Below, one piece after another: positions 18,861 to 26,340 of a stretch of 26,340 bases of DNA. Each line of letters starts with the position of its first letter. Position 1 is the first letter of the stretch. The translations under genes were made by a program, and so were the position numbers. The notes under the pieces were generated by a model, which was not told where the DNA came from, did not search any database, and was given only the letters and a program-made list of their open reading frames with translations. The DNA comes from a virus (taxonomy: Duplodnaviria; Caudoviricetes): positions 1 through 26,340 of the IMG/VR virus record IMGVR_UViG_3300032247_000046; one strand, written 5' to 3'.

Positions 18861-18917
18861 CATGATTCGTGGGCTTGTAAGGGTATAAGCCTATTAACTA
18901 AGGACAGAGAAATCATG
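18861..18917 (+). promoter_or_regulatory. Candidate structured 5' leader RNA sequestering the start codon
   Basis: CATGATT (18861-67) pairs with AATCATG (18911-17, includes the ATG); inner hairpin GGGCTTGTA-AGGG-TATAAGCCT (18871-92). Confidence 0.5.
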
Positions 18918-19403
18918 GCTATCTTCAACAAAAATAGTCTTACTCAAGTTTCTGGGTTTGACAATCCAATTATTGCAGGGGAACTAGTATGGGAACAAAG
19001 TACATACTGGAATCTTTCAATTACTGCAAATGACAATGTAACTCCAATAAATCTTACTGATGCAACAATAGATGCTCATATTATTAGGCGAGCAATGTCC
19101 AATATTCAAGATACTAGGAATGGATTAACTTTTGATATTGCTAATTACACACCTACACCAACTCCAATAGCATTAAGTATTGTTAATAGAAATGATGCTA
19201 CAGGCTTTTTTACTTTAGTTATTAATGATTCTGCATGGGATTTGATGAATGATGACCCTGAACTAGATATTAATGCACAAGATTGCGTGGGCTTTTCAGG
19301 AAGAATAAAAATTAGTTTTGCTCCTAGTGGAGCAACTCCACAAAATGATTATATTATTTTCTTGTTATTCCTTGTTCGTTCTGATGGCATAGTGGTGGAA
19401 TAA
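18915..19403 (+). CDS. Putative fibre-anchoring / BppU-N-like structural protein
   Basis: 162 aa; 'PINLTDATIDAHI', 'DATGFFTLVI' resemble BppU N-terminal-like domains; directly upstream of the long fibre. Confidence 0.5.
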   Translation: MAIFNKNSLTQVSGFDNPIIAGELVWEQSTYWNLSITANDNVTPINLTDATIDAHIIRRAMSNIQDTRNGLTFDIANYTPTPTPIALSIVNRNDATGFFTLVINDSAWDLMNDDPELDINAQDCVGFSGRIKISFAPSGATPQNDYIIFLLFLVRSDGIVVE

Positions 19404-19405
19404 TT

Positions 19406-22400
19406 ATGGGAAATATGAATGTAACAGTTATAGACCAGAACAATGTAAAGATTGCAGTAACTCCTACACCTACTCAAACAATTAATATTGATAGAGGAAT
19501 TATTGGAGTATCAGGATTATCTGGGTATTCAGGCTATTCTGGAATTAGTGGTTTTTCTGGCTATAGTGGAGAAAGTGGATATTCTGGTTTATCAGGCTTT
19601 AGTGGAATTTCTGGATATTCTGGAGAATCTGGAATAAGTGGATTTTCTGGATATTCTGGCACATCTGGATTTTCTGGATATTCTGGGACATCTGGCATTA
19701 GTGGTGATTCAGGCATTTCTGGTTTTAGTGGTGATTCAGGTATATCTGGTTTTAGTGGATTTAGTGGAACTATTGGATTTAGTGGATATTCTGGTATAAG
19801 TGGATATTCTGGAACTTCTGGTTATAGTGGTAATTTAGGAATAAGTGGCTATTCTGGCATAAGTGGTTATTCAGGTTATTCTGGAATTAGTGGATTTAGT
19901 GGATATTCTGGTTCTGGTATTAGTGGTTATTCTGGAAGTGGTATTTCTGGATATAGTGGTTATAGTGGCATAAGTGGATTTAGTGGAATTTCTGGAATAT
20001 CTGGAACTAGTGGATATTCTGGTATATCTGGATTTTCAGGATATTCTGGAATTAGTGGTTATTCTGGAACTAGTGGTTTTTCTGGTATATCAGGATATTC
20101 TGGTTCTGGTATTTCTGGATATTCTGGTAGTGGGATTTCTGGATATTCTGGCTACTCTGGCACAAGTGGATTTAGTGGTTATAGTGGTATCTCTGGTTTC
20201 TCTGGAATAAGTGGCTTTAGTGGAATTTCTGGATTTAGTGGAGTATCTGGATTCTCAGGTGTACAAGGTTCATCATCAAGTTTATTTTTATATCAAGCAC
20301 AAACAACTGCAACAAGTGGTCAGCCTACTAATGGGCATATTATTTGGAATAATGCAACTCAAATTAATGCAACTCAAATTAATATTAGTCATTTAACTAT
20401 TGATGTTACTGATATTGATGTATTTTTAGCATTGTTGCAACCAACAGAAACTTTTATTTTACAAGATAGAAATGTAAGTGCAAATTATCAAACTTGGTTA
20501 ATAACAGGTAATACAACAAATATAAATCCAAATACTGCTAATAGTTATTGGACAATACCAGTTAGCCTTATTGCATCAGGTGGAACAGGAACTTCTAATT
20601 TTGCTAATAATCATGAATTATTTTTTGCAATAACAAAAGGTATAAGTGGTACATCTGGTTATAGTGGTTATTCTGGATTTTCAGGAATAGGAACAAGTGG
20701 TTATAGTGGTTATTCTGGTACATCTGGATTTTCTGGAATAAGTGGTTATAGTGGCACAAGTGGTTTTAGTGGAATTTCTGGTTATAGTGGTTCTGGAGTA
20801 AGTGGTTTTTCTGGATATAGTGGAAGTGGTATAAGTGGCTTTTCTGGTTATTCAGGAAGTGGAATATCAGGCTTTAGTGGCTACTCTGGAACAAATGGTA
20901 TCAATGGTACATCAGGTTTTTCTGGATATTCTGGAAGTGGAATAAGTGGATTCTCAGGCTATTCTGGATTAAATGGAGCAACTGGCACAAGTGGATTTAG
21001 TGGTTACTCTGGAACAAATGGTTCTACTGGAGTTAGTGGATTTTCTGGCTATTCTGGTGTAAATGGTTCAACTGGAACATCTGGATTTAGTGGTTATAGT
21101 GGAATCAATGGTGCAACAGGTACATCTGGTTTTTCTGGCTATTCAGGAATTGGAACATCAGGTTATTCTGGCTATTCAGGAATTGGTATTTCTGGACTAA
21201 CAAGTGGTCGAGTACCTTATGCAACTACAGGTGGATTATTAACTGATAGTGCCAACATGACGTTTAACGGCACTACGCTGACTTTAGCCAATGACGCATC
21301 TATATCAGGTCTTACTGTTGGTAAAGGTGCAGGAAGCGTTGCAAGTAATACGGCAGTGGGTGTTAGTGCTTTAGGTGTTAATACAACAGGCAATAGTAAT
21401 GACGCATTTGGTTCTTTGGCTTTGCAAGCAAATACAACAGGTATTGGAAATGATGCTTTTGGTAGAGGCACTTTATATACAAATACAACTGGAAATTATA
21501 ATGCAGGTTTTGGATATAATGCTTTATTTACAAATAATGGGACAGCCAATACGGCAGTAGGTACTTCTGCACTTCAAGCAAACACTACAGCATCTAACAA
21601 CACCGCAATAGGCTATCAAGCACTTTACTCAAACACTACTGGTGGCACTAATGTAGCCATTGGCAATCAAGCACTTTATACAGGTAATGTGGATAACACA
21701 ATTGCTATCGGAAATCAAGCGTTAAAATTACTTACTTCAGGTACAAACAACACAGCTATTGGAGTAATAGCATTAGCAAAAACAACAACTGGTACAGACA
21801 ATACAGCAACTGGGTTTTTTGCTAGTTATCAAAACATTACAGGTTCTTATAATTCTTCCTATGGGTCTGGTGCTTTACAAAATACCACAGCATCTAATAA
21901 CACCGCAGTAGGATATCAGGCTGGGTATTCTCAAGTTACCGCAAATAACAATTCTTTTGCTGGATATAAAGCTGGTTATGCTACTACTTCTAGTGACAAT
22001 GCTGCATTTGGTTCTGTTGCTTTAACTAACAACACTTCAGGAGCTAACAATGCTGCATTTGGTCGTTCAGCATTAGAAAGTAATACTACTGGTAGTTTTA
22101 ACACCGCAGTAGGTAAAGATGCACTTGTATTAAACACCACATTCTCAAATAACACAGCAGTAGGTTATCAAGCACTTTATTCCAACACTCAAAACCAAAA
22201 TTCTGCGGTTGGTTATCAGGCAATGTATTCAAATACCACAGGCTATTACAATGTGGCTATGGGTGAACAAGCTTTATATGCTAATACATCAGGCACTCAA
22301 AATACTGCGTATGGTATGAACGCATTAAGGTCAAACACCACAGCATCTAATAACACAGCCGTAGGATATCAAGCAGGGTATAGCAATACTACAGCATCGT

Positions 22401-23653
22401 ATATAACAGCAATTGGCTATCAAGCGGCAAGAGCAAATACTACAGCGGCAATTACAGCGGTTGGTTATGCGGCACTTACTACAAATACATCAGGTACAGA
22501 AAATGTGGCAGTGGGTGTACAGGCACTACAGTTAAATACTTCTGGCTCGTTTAATACCGCTATGGGTGATTATGCTCTTGTAAACAACACCACAGCCTCC
22601 AACAATACAGCGGTAGGATATCAGTCTGGTTACGCAAACACTACTGGCTATAACATGGTTGCTGTTGGGCGTGCCGCCTTGTTAAATTCTACGACTGGTA
22701 CTGATTTAACTGCGGTAGGTCAAGCGGCTTTAGCTTTAAATACTACCGGTGCAAACAATACTGCTTTAGGTTCACAAGCACTTTACTCAAACACCACAGC
22801 ATCTAACAATACAGCAGTTGGTTATCAAGCTGGATATAGTAGCGTTACAGGTCCTGGAAATGCTTTTTTTGGAACTCAGGCTGGTTATTTAAATACTGGC
22901 AGTTACAACACCATGATTGGTGGCTTTGCTGGTTACAACTCAACTGGTTCTGGAAATACGTTTGTAGGTGCAAATAGCACAACTGGTAATGCTGCTGGTT
23001 ACAACATGACCACAGGAAGCAAAAACGCTATTTTTGGTGGTTTTTCTGGCAATCAAGGAGGTTTAGACATCCGTACATCAAGTAACTACATTGTATTGTC
23101 AGATGGTGATGGTAATCCTAGAGGTATATTTGATGGTAGTGGTAATTTATTAGTTGGTACTACATCCACAGTTGGTACTTCTTCCGCAGGAAATACTCAT
23201 ATACAAGGAAGTACAAATAACAATTCTTATGGTGTTTTAGCTTTAAGAAACTCAAATACATCTGCTGGTAAATATTGGCATATTGGTCCTGTAAATGACA
23301 ATGGATTTGTTGTTTACAATCAAGGTAGTGTAGGAGTTTACATTACGGATGGTGGCACTTCTTGGACTGCAAACTCTGATGAACGGTTAAAAACAGAATT
23401 AAAGCCTTTTGAAAACGCTATTGAAAAAATATCTAGTTTGCGTTCAGGTACAGGTCGTTATTTAACTGATGCTGAGACAATTAGCCGTTCATTTTTAATT
23501 GCTCAAGATGTACAAAAAGTATTACCTGAAGCAATAGATGTTCAAAACAATGAGCAAGAAACTTTGGGTTTAAGATATACAGACCTTATTCCACTTTTAG
23601 TAGCATCTATTCAAGAACTTAAAGCAGAAATTGACCAACTTAAAGGAGCATAA
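19406..23653 (+). CDS. Long fibre protein: Gly-X-Ser repeat stalks, 14-aa beta-solenoid repeats, C-terminal peptidase S74 intramolecular chaperone
   Basis: 1415 aa; SG[YFIT] repeats; NTAVGYQALYSNTT repeats; 'SDERLK...LIAQDVQKVLPEAI...LRYTDLIPLLVASIQELKAEI' S74 signature. Confidence 0.88.
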   Translation: MGNMNVTVIDQNNVKIAVTPTPTQTINIDRGIIGVSGLSGYSGYSGISGFSGYSGESGYSGLSGFSGISGYSGESGISGFSGYSGTSGFSGYSGTSGISGDSGISGFSGDSGISGFSGFSGTIGFSGYSGISGYSGTSGYSGNLGISGYSGISGYSGYSGISGFSGYSGSGISGYSGSGISGYSGYSGISGFSGISGISGTSGYSGISGFSGYSGISGYSGTSGFSGISGYSGSGISGYSGSGISGYSGYSGTSGFSGYSGISGFSGISGFSGISGFSGVSGFSGVQGSSSSLFLYQAQTTATSGQPTNGHIIWNNATQINATQINISHLTIDVTDIDVFLALLQPTETFILQDRNVSANYQTWLITGNTTNINPNTANSYWTIPVSLIASGGTGTSNFANNHELFFAITKGISGTSGYSGYSGFSGIGTSGYSGYSGTSGFSGISGYSGTSGFSGISGYSGSGVSGFSGYSGSGISGFSGYSGSGISGFSGYSGTNGINGTSGFSGYSGSGISGFSGYSGLNGATGTSGFSGYSGTNGSTGVSGFSGYSGVNGSTGTSGFSGYSGINGATGTSGFSGYSGIGTSGYSGYSGIGISGLTSGRVPYATTGGLLTDSANMTFNGTTLTLANDASISGLTVGKGAGSVASNTAVGVSALGVNTTGNSNDAFGSLALQANTTGIGNDAFGRGTLYTNTTGNYNAGFGYNALFTNNGTANTAVGTSALQANTTASNNTAIGYQALYSNTTGGTNVAIGNQALYTGNVDNTIAIGNQALKLLTSGTNNTAIGVIALAKTTTGTDNTATGFFASYQNITGSYNSSYGSGALQNTTASNNTAVGYQAGYSQVTANNNSFAGYKAGYATTSSDNAAFGSVALTNNTSGANNAAFGRSALESNTTGSFNTAVGKDALVLNTTFSNNTAVGYQALYSNTQNQNSAVGYQAMYSNTTGYYNVAMGEQALYANTSGTQNTAYGMNALRSNTTASNNTAVGYQAGYSNTTASYITAIGYQAARANTTAAITAVGYAALTTNTSGTENVAVGVQALQLNTSGSFNTAMGDYALVNNTTASNNTAVGYQSGYANTTGYNMVAVGRAALLNSTTGTDLTAVGQAALALNTTGANNTALGSQALYSNTTASNNTAVGYQAGYSSVTGPGNAFFGTQAGYLNTGSYNTMIGGFAGYNSTGSGNTFVGANSTTGNAAGYNMTTGSKNAIFGGFSGNQGGLDIRTSSNYIVLSDGDGNPRGIFDGSGNLLVGTTSTVGTSSAGNTHIQGSTNNNSYGVLALRNSNTSAGKYWHIGPVNDNGFVVYNQGSVGVYITDGGTSWTANSDERLKTELKPFENAIEKISSLRSGTGRYLTDAETISRSFLIAQDVQKVLPEAIDVQNNEQETLGLRYTDLIPLLVASIQELKAEIDQLKGA
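19496..20269 (+). repeat. Gly-X-Ser triplet repeat block 1 (~258 aa)
   Basis: Gly every third residue, X mostly Y/F/I/T; degenerate 9-nt DNA periodicity; a few SGSG register breaks. Confidence 0.95.
20639..21196 (+). repeat. Gly-X-Ser/Thr/Asn triplet repeat block 2 (~186 aa)
   Basis: Same pattern with GxNGxTG variants and GIG/GSG breaks. Confidence 0.95.
21340..23050 (+). repeat. ~14-residue repeats (N-T-A-V-G-x-x-A-L-x-x-N-T-T), YadA-head-like beta-solenoid
   Basis: Dozens of degenerate copies in the translation; boundaries approximate. Confidence 0.9.
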
Positions 23654-23977
23654 ATGAACACATACACAACCATTATCAATAAGATGTACACGCTTAACAC
23701 ACCAGAACAAGGCTTTGTTGTCAATGTTTTATTTTGTGTATCAGGTACAGACGGCACACATACAGCATCTATAGACGGCAACATTCAGTTTACAGACCAA
23801 GTGGAATCAGATTATATTCCATACGACCAACTAACAGAAGCACAAGTCATTGGATGGATTAACGATGCAACTAACAATCAAGAAAATTACTATGCAAATA
23901 TTGATGGTCAAATTCAGTCTATGATTACACCACCAGTAAGTCCATCAGCACAACCTTTGCCTTGGACAACTAATTAA
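23654..23977 (+). CDS. Fibre-associated hypothetical protein (107 aa)
   Basis: Starts immediately after the fibre stop; 'YIPYDQLTEAQVIGWI...PLPW' pattern typical of small genes following S74 fibres. Confidence 0.75.
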   Translation: MNTYTTIINKMYTLNTPEQGFVVNVLFCVSGTDGTHTASIDGNIQFTDQVESDYIPYDQLTEAQVIGWINDATNNQENYYANIDGQIQSMITPPVSPSAQPLPWTTN

Positions 23978-23991
23978 TTTAACTGTAGTAT
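23963..23991 (+). promoter_or_regulatory. Possible sigma70-like promoter TGGACA-N17-TAGTAT upstream of the small ORF and glycosyltransferases
   Basis: 5/6 match at -35, 17-bp spacer, 4/6 match at -10. Confidence 0.4.
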
Positions 23992-24008
23992 ATTAATAAG
24001 AAAATAAT

Positions 24009-24164
24009 ATGAAAATTTTTACTTTAGAAGATAATGAAGCACAATTTATAATACAAGTATTAGGACAGTTACCAACACAATCAGGAGCATTTCCTTTGTT
24101 CCAAAAATTTGCAGAACAGTTTAATACGCAATTAGAAAAACAAAAAAATCCTTTAGAGGAATAA
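24009..24164 (+). CDS. Small hypothetical protein (51 aa), not in the ORF track
   Basis: MKIFTLEDNEAQFIIQVLGQLPTQSGAFPLFQKFAEQFNTQLEKQKNPLEE*; fills the gap on the coding strand. Confidence 0.7.
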   Translation: MKIFTLEDNEAQFIIQVLGQLPTQSGAFPLFQKFAEQFNTQLEKQKNPLEE

Positions 24165-24195
24165 AAATTTATAATATAAAAAAAAATAAAACAAT

Positions 24196-25416
24196 ATGAA
24201 ATATTCAATAGTAATACCAACATATAATAATTGTGAAAAGTATCTAAAACCTTGCATTGATTCCATTATTAAATATACTGATATGGAATTGGTAGAAATA
24301 ATAATTTCTGCAAATGGATGTGAAGATAATACAGATGCATATCTTAATTATTTAGCAACTGCAATACCTCATTTAAAAATTGTTTGGGATGAATATCCAT
24401 TAGGCTTTGCTAAAGCCATTAATGAAGGGATTAAATTATGCACCAGTCATAAAATTATTTTATTAAATAATGACACCATTTTATTAGAGCAACCTAAAAA
24501 TGATTGGCTTAATAAATTAGATAGTGGTGATATATCTGCACCATTATTTTTACATTCAGAAATAACTGAAAGACAATTTGCAGTTTTCTTTTGTGTATTA
24601 ATACAGAGAAAGGTATTTGATACTATTGGTCTGCTTCCAGAAGATTATGAAGTTGGTGGTAATGAAGATATAGAATTTTGTTTGCTTGCAGAAAGTGCAG
24701 GATTCAAATTACATAACTGTGGACACAATGGTTATTTTCCTATCTACCATAAAGCAGAAGGAACAATGAATGATAAAAATCTTGTTACTAATTGGAAGCA
24801 ACAATTTTTACTAAATCAATTACAACTGGCTAAAAAACATAATATTGAATGGTACAAATGGAGATTAACTAATAATTATGAGAGAGCAGTATTTTTAAAA
24901 GGTGATGCAGTATTTCCTAGAGAAACTGCAAGATATAAATGGGCAAGCAAACAATTAATTAATAAATCTGTATTAGAAATTGGATGCTCTACTGGCTATG
25001 GCTCACAATTCTTTAATAAAAATATTAATTACATTGGTTTAGATTATGACCCTATCATTATTGAAGTAGCCAAAGCCCAAGAATGGGGTAGCAATATTGA
25101 TTTTATGCATGGTGATGTTAATAAAACTCCATTAGGACAATATGGGACTATTATTGCATTTGAAATTATTGAGCATTTAGAAAATGGTTTAGAAGTTGTA
25201 AACTATTTAAAAAACCAATGTTTAAGATTATTAATATCTGTACCTTACAATGAACCTGTAGGATTCTGGGGTGAGCATCATAAACTGCATGGGCTAACAG
25301 AAAAAGATTTTCCTGATTTTCAATTTGAATATATTGATGAACATGGCAATTTATCTAAAGAATTAAATACTAATGCTCAATTTAACTTAATGGTTTGCAG
25401 GTGGGATAGTGCCTAA
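24196..25416 (+). CDS. Glycosyltransferase family 2 fused to a class I SAM-dependent methyltransferase
   Basis: N-term 'KYSIVIPTYN', 'GFAKAINEG', 'LLNNDT', 'EDIEFC'; C-term 'VLEIGCSTGYG', 'GLDYD', 'FEIIEHL'. Confidence 0.9.
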   Translation: MKYSIVIPTYNNCEKYLKPCIDSIIKYTDMELVEIIISANGCEDNTDAYLNYLATAIPHLKIVWDEYPLGFAKAINEGIKLCTSHKIILLNNDTILLEQPKNDWLNKLDSGDISAPLFLHSEITERQFAVFFCVLIQRKVFDTIGLLPEDYEVGGNEDIEFCLLAESAGFKLHNCGHNGYFPIYHKAEGTMNDKNLVTNWKQQFLLNQLQLAKKHNIEWYKWRLTNNYERAVFLKGDAVFPRETARYKWASKQLINKSVLEIGCSTGYGSQFFNKNINYIGLDYDPIIIEVAKAQEWGSNIDFMHGDVNKTPLGQYGTIIAFEIIEHLENGLEVVNYLKNQCLRLLISVPYNEPVGFWGEHHKLHGLTEKDFPDFQFEYIDEHGNLSKELNTNAQFNLMVCRWDSA

Positions 25417-26340
25417 AGTATTATGCTCTATAGCCACCAGAGGAAGATATTTTACTACTTTACCTTTGGTATTAAATGCCATTATGAATCAAACTAGGCT
25501 ACCAGATAAGGTAGTTATATTTGATGATAATGATGAACCTAAAGATATGAGAAATGAATTTCTTTATCAGCATTTCTTTTCTATATTAGATACCAAAAAA
25601 ATAGCATGGGAATGGCAATTTGCAGAAAAAAAAGGTCAGCATCATATTCATCAAAGAGCAAACTTAATGGGTTATGAATGGGTTTGGCGAGTGGATGATG
25701 ATGCTATTCCAGAACCTAATGTATTAGAAAACTTATTAAAGTATGCTAGTCATGGAGTTGGTGCAGTTGGTGGAGCAATATTAACTAATCCTTTACCTAA
25801 TACAAAATCATCTACTGGTTTTATACATAATATAGATAATGAACCTAATATCCAATGGAATTATATAAATGAAACAAAAGAAGTGGAACATCTACATTGT
25901 TCTTTTTTATATCGTGCTATGGTTTATGATTTTAATCTGGGCTTATCTAGGGTAGCCCATAGAGAAGAAACATTATTTACCTATGGATTGCATCAAAAAG
26001 GATTAAAAATATTAGTTGTACCTAATGCTAATACTTGGCATCTTAAAAATCCCAATGGTGGTATTAGGTCAGAAACTAAACAAGAAATGTATGAGCATGA
26101 TGAACAAATCTTTAGAAACTTTTTAAAATATAGAAACAATACTATTGTAGTTTTAAATTGTGGCATGGGCGACCATATTGTTTTTAGTCATGTATTGCCA
26201 GAGTTAAAGAATCCAGTTGTATTTACTTGTTATCCTGAAATTATAGAAGGCAAATCTATTGCAGAAGCACAAGCCTTTTTTGGTGATATAGACCAATGGA
26301 ATATCTATAAAAAAATGGATACATGGAGATGGTTAGGTAG
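25409..26340 (+). CDS. Second glycosyltransferase (GT2/GT-A fold), truncated by the window end
   Basis: GTG start overlapping the upstream stop; MPKVLCSIATRGRY...VVIFDD...WVWRVDDDAIPEP (DxD)...HREET; later 'CGMGDHIV' resembles a GT9-like start; >310 codons open. Confidence 0.85.
   Translation, partial: MPKVLCSIATRGRYFTTLPLVLNAIMNQTRLPDKVVIFDDNDEPKDMRNEFLYQHFFSILDTKKIAWEWQFAEKKGQHHIHQRANLMGYEWVWRVDDDAIPEPNVLENLLKYASHGVGAVGGAILTNPLPNTKSSTGFIHNIDNEPNIQWNYINETKEVEHLHCSFLYRAMVYDFNLGLSRVAHREETLFTYGLHQKGLKILVVPNANTWHLKNPNGGIRSETKQEMYEHDEQIFRNFLKYRNNTIVVLNCGMGDHIVFSHVLPELKNPVVFTCYPEIIEGKSIAEAQAFFGDIDQWNIYKKMDTWRWLG

Noticed and set aside
19496-21196. Repeat region as a CRISPR array or non-coding satellite
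   Set aside because: No constant repeat with unique spacers; 9-nt periodicity with synonymous variation inside an open frame shows a coding repeat
1287-21560. Short alternative-frame and minus-strand ORFs in the track (1287, 2500, 3549, 4100, 4282, 7850, 8960, 9799, 11966, 16147, 19974, 20211, 21217, 21375)
   Set aside because: Nested in or antisense to well-supported genes, with no recognisable motifs; those at 19974-20396 are shadows of the repeat
17834-23653. Diversity-generating retroelement or invertible fibre cassette
   Set aside because: No reverse transcriptase, invertase, adenine-variant repeat pair or opposite-strand fibre fragment seen in this window
23993-24223. 76-aa minus-strand ORF
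   Set aside because: Antisense to a more plausible + strand 51-aa gene (24009-24164) and overlaps the GT start
1-26340. Stop-codon reassignment
   Set aside because: Genes are full length in the standard code; TAA, TGA and TAG all end genes at sensible boundaries
1-26340. tRNA, rRNA, integrase, lysis genes or att sites
   Set aside because: None recognisable; intergenic gaps are short, so prophage vs free phage and host identity cannot be decided from this window

Overview
Structural (late) region of an AT-rich (roughly 30-33% GC by eye) tailed dsDNA phage or prophage with an HK97-type head and a siphovirus-type tail. All credible genes are on the + strand. Head genes: terS, terL, portal, prohead protease and two tandem paralogous HK97-fold capsid genes separated by a terminator. 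Tail genes: connectors, tail tube, tail chaperones with a lambda-like -1 frameshift, tape measure, tip/baseplate genes, a GNAT-fold gene and a short fibre. These are followed by a 1415-aa fibre (Pro-free Gly-X-Ser repeats, 14-aa beta-solenoid repeats, S74 chaperone) and two glycosyltransferase genes. Main observations: (1) Ala-Ala, Pro-Gly and Gly-Pro are absent from every protein outside one ~2.6 kb segment, as expected if GCNGC, CCNGG and GGNCC were avoided; AGCT is also missing outside it and GATC was not seen anywhere. (2) That segment, the distal fibre, looks recently imported. (3) The Ser-rich collagen-like fibre next to glycosyltransferases suggests virion glycosylation. (4) The second capsid protein has an inserted Thr/Gly domain. 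(5) A structured RNA leader could sequester the start codon of the gene preceding the fibre. Motif absences come from manual reading and need computational counting.
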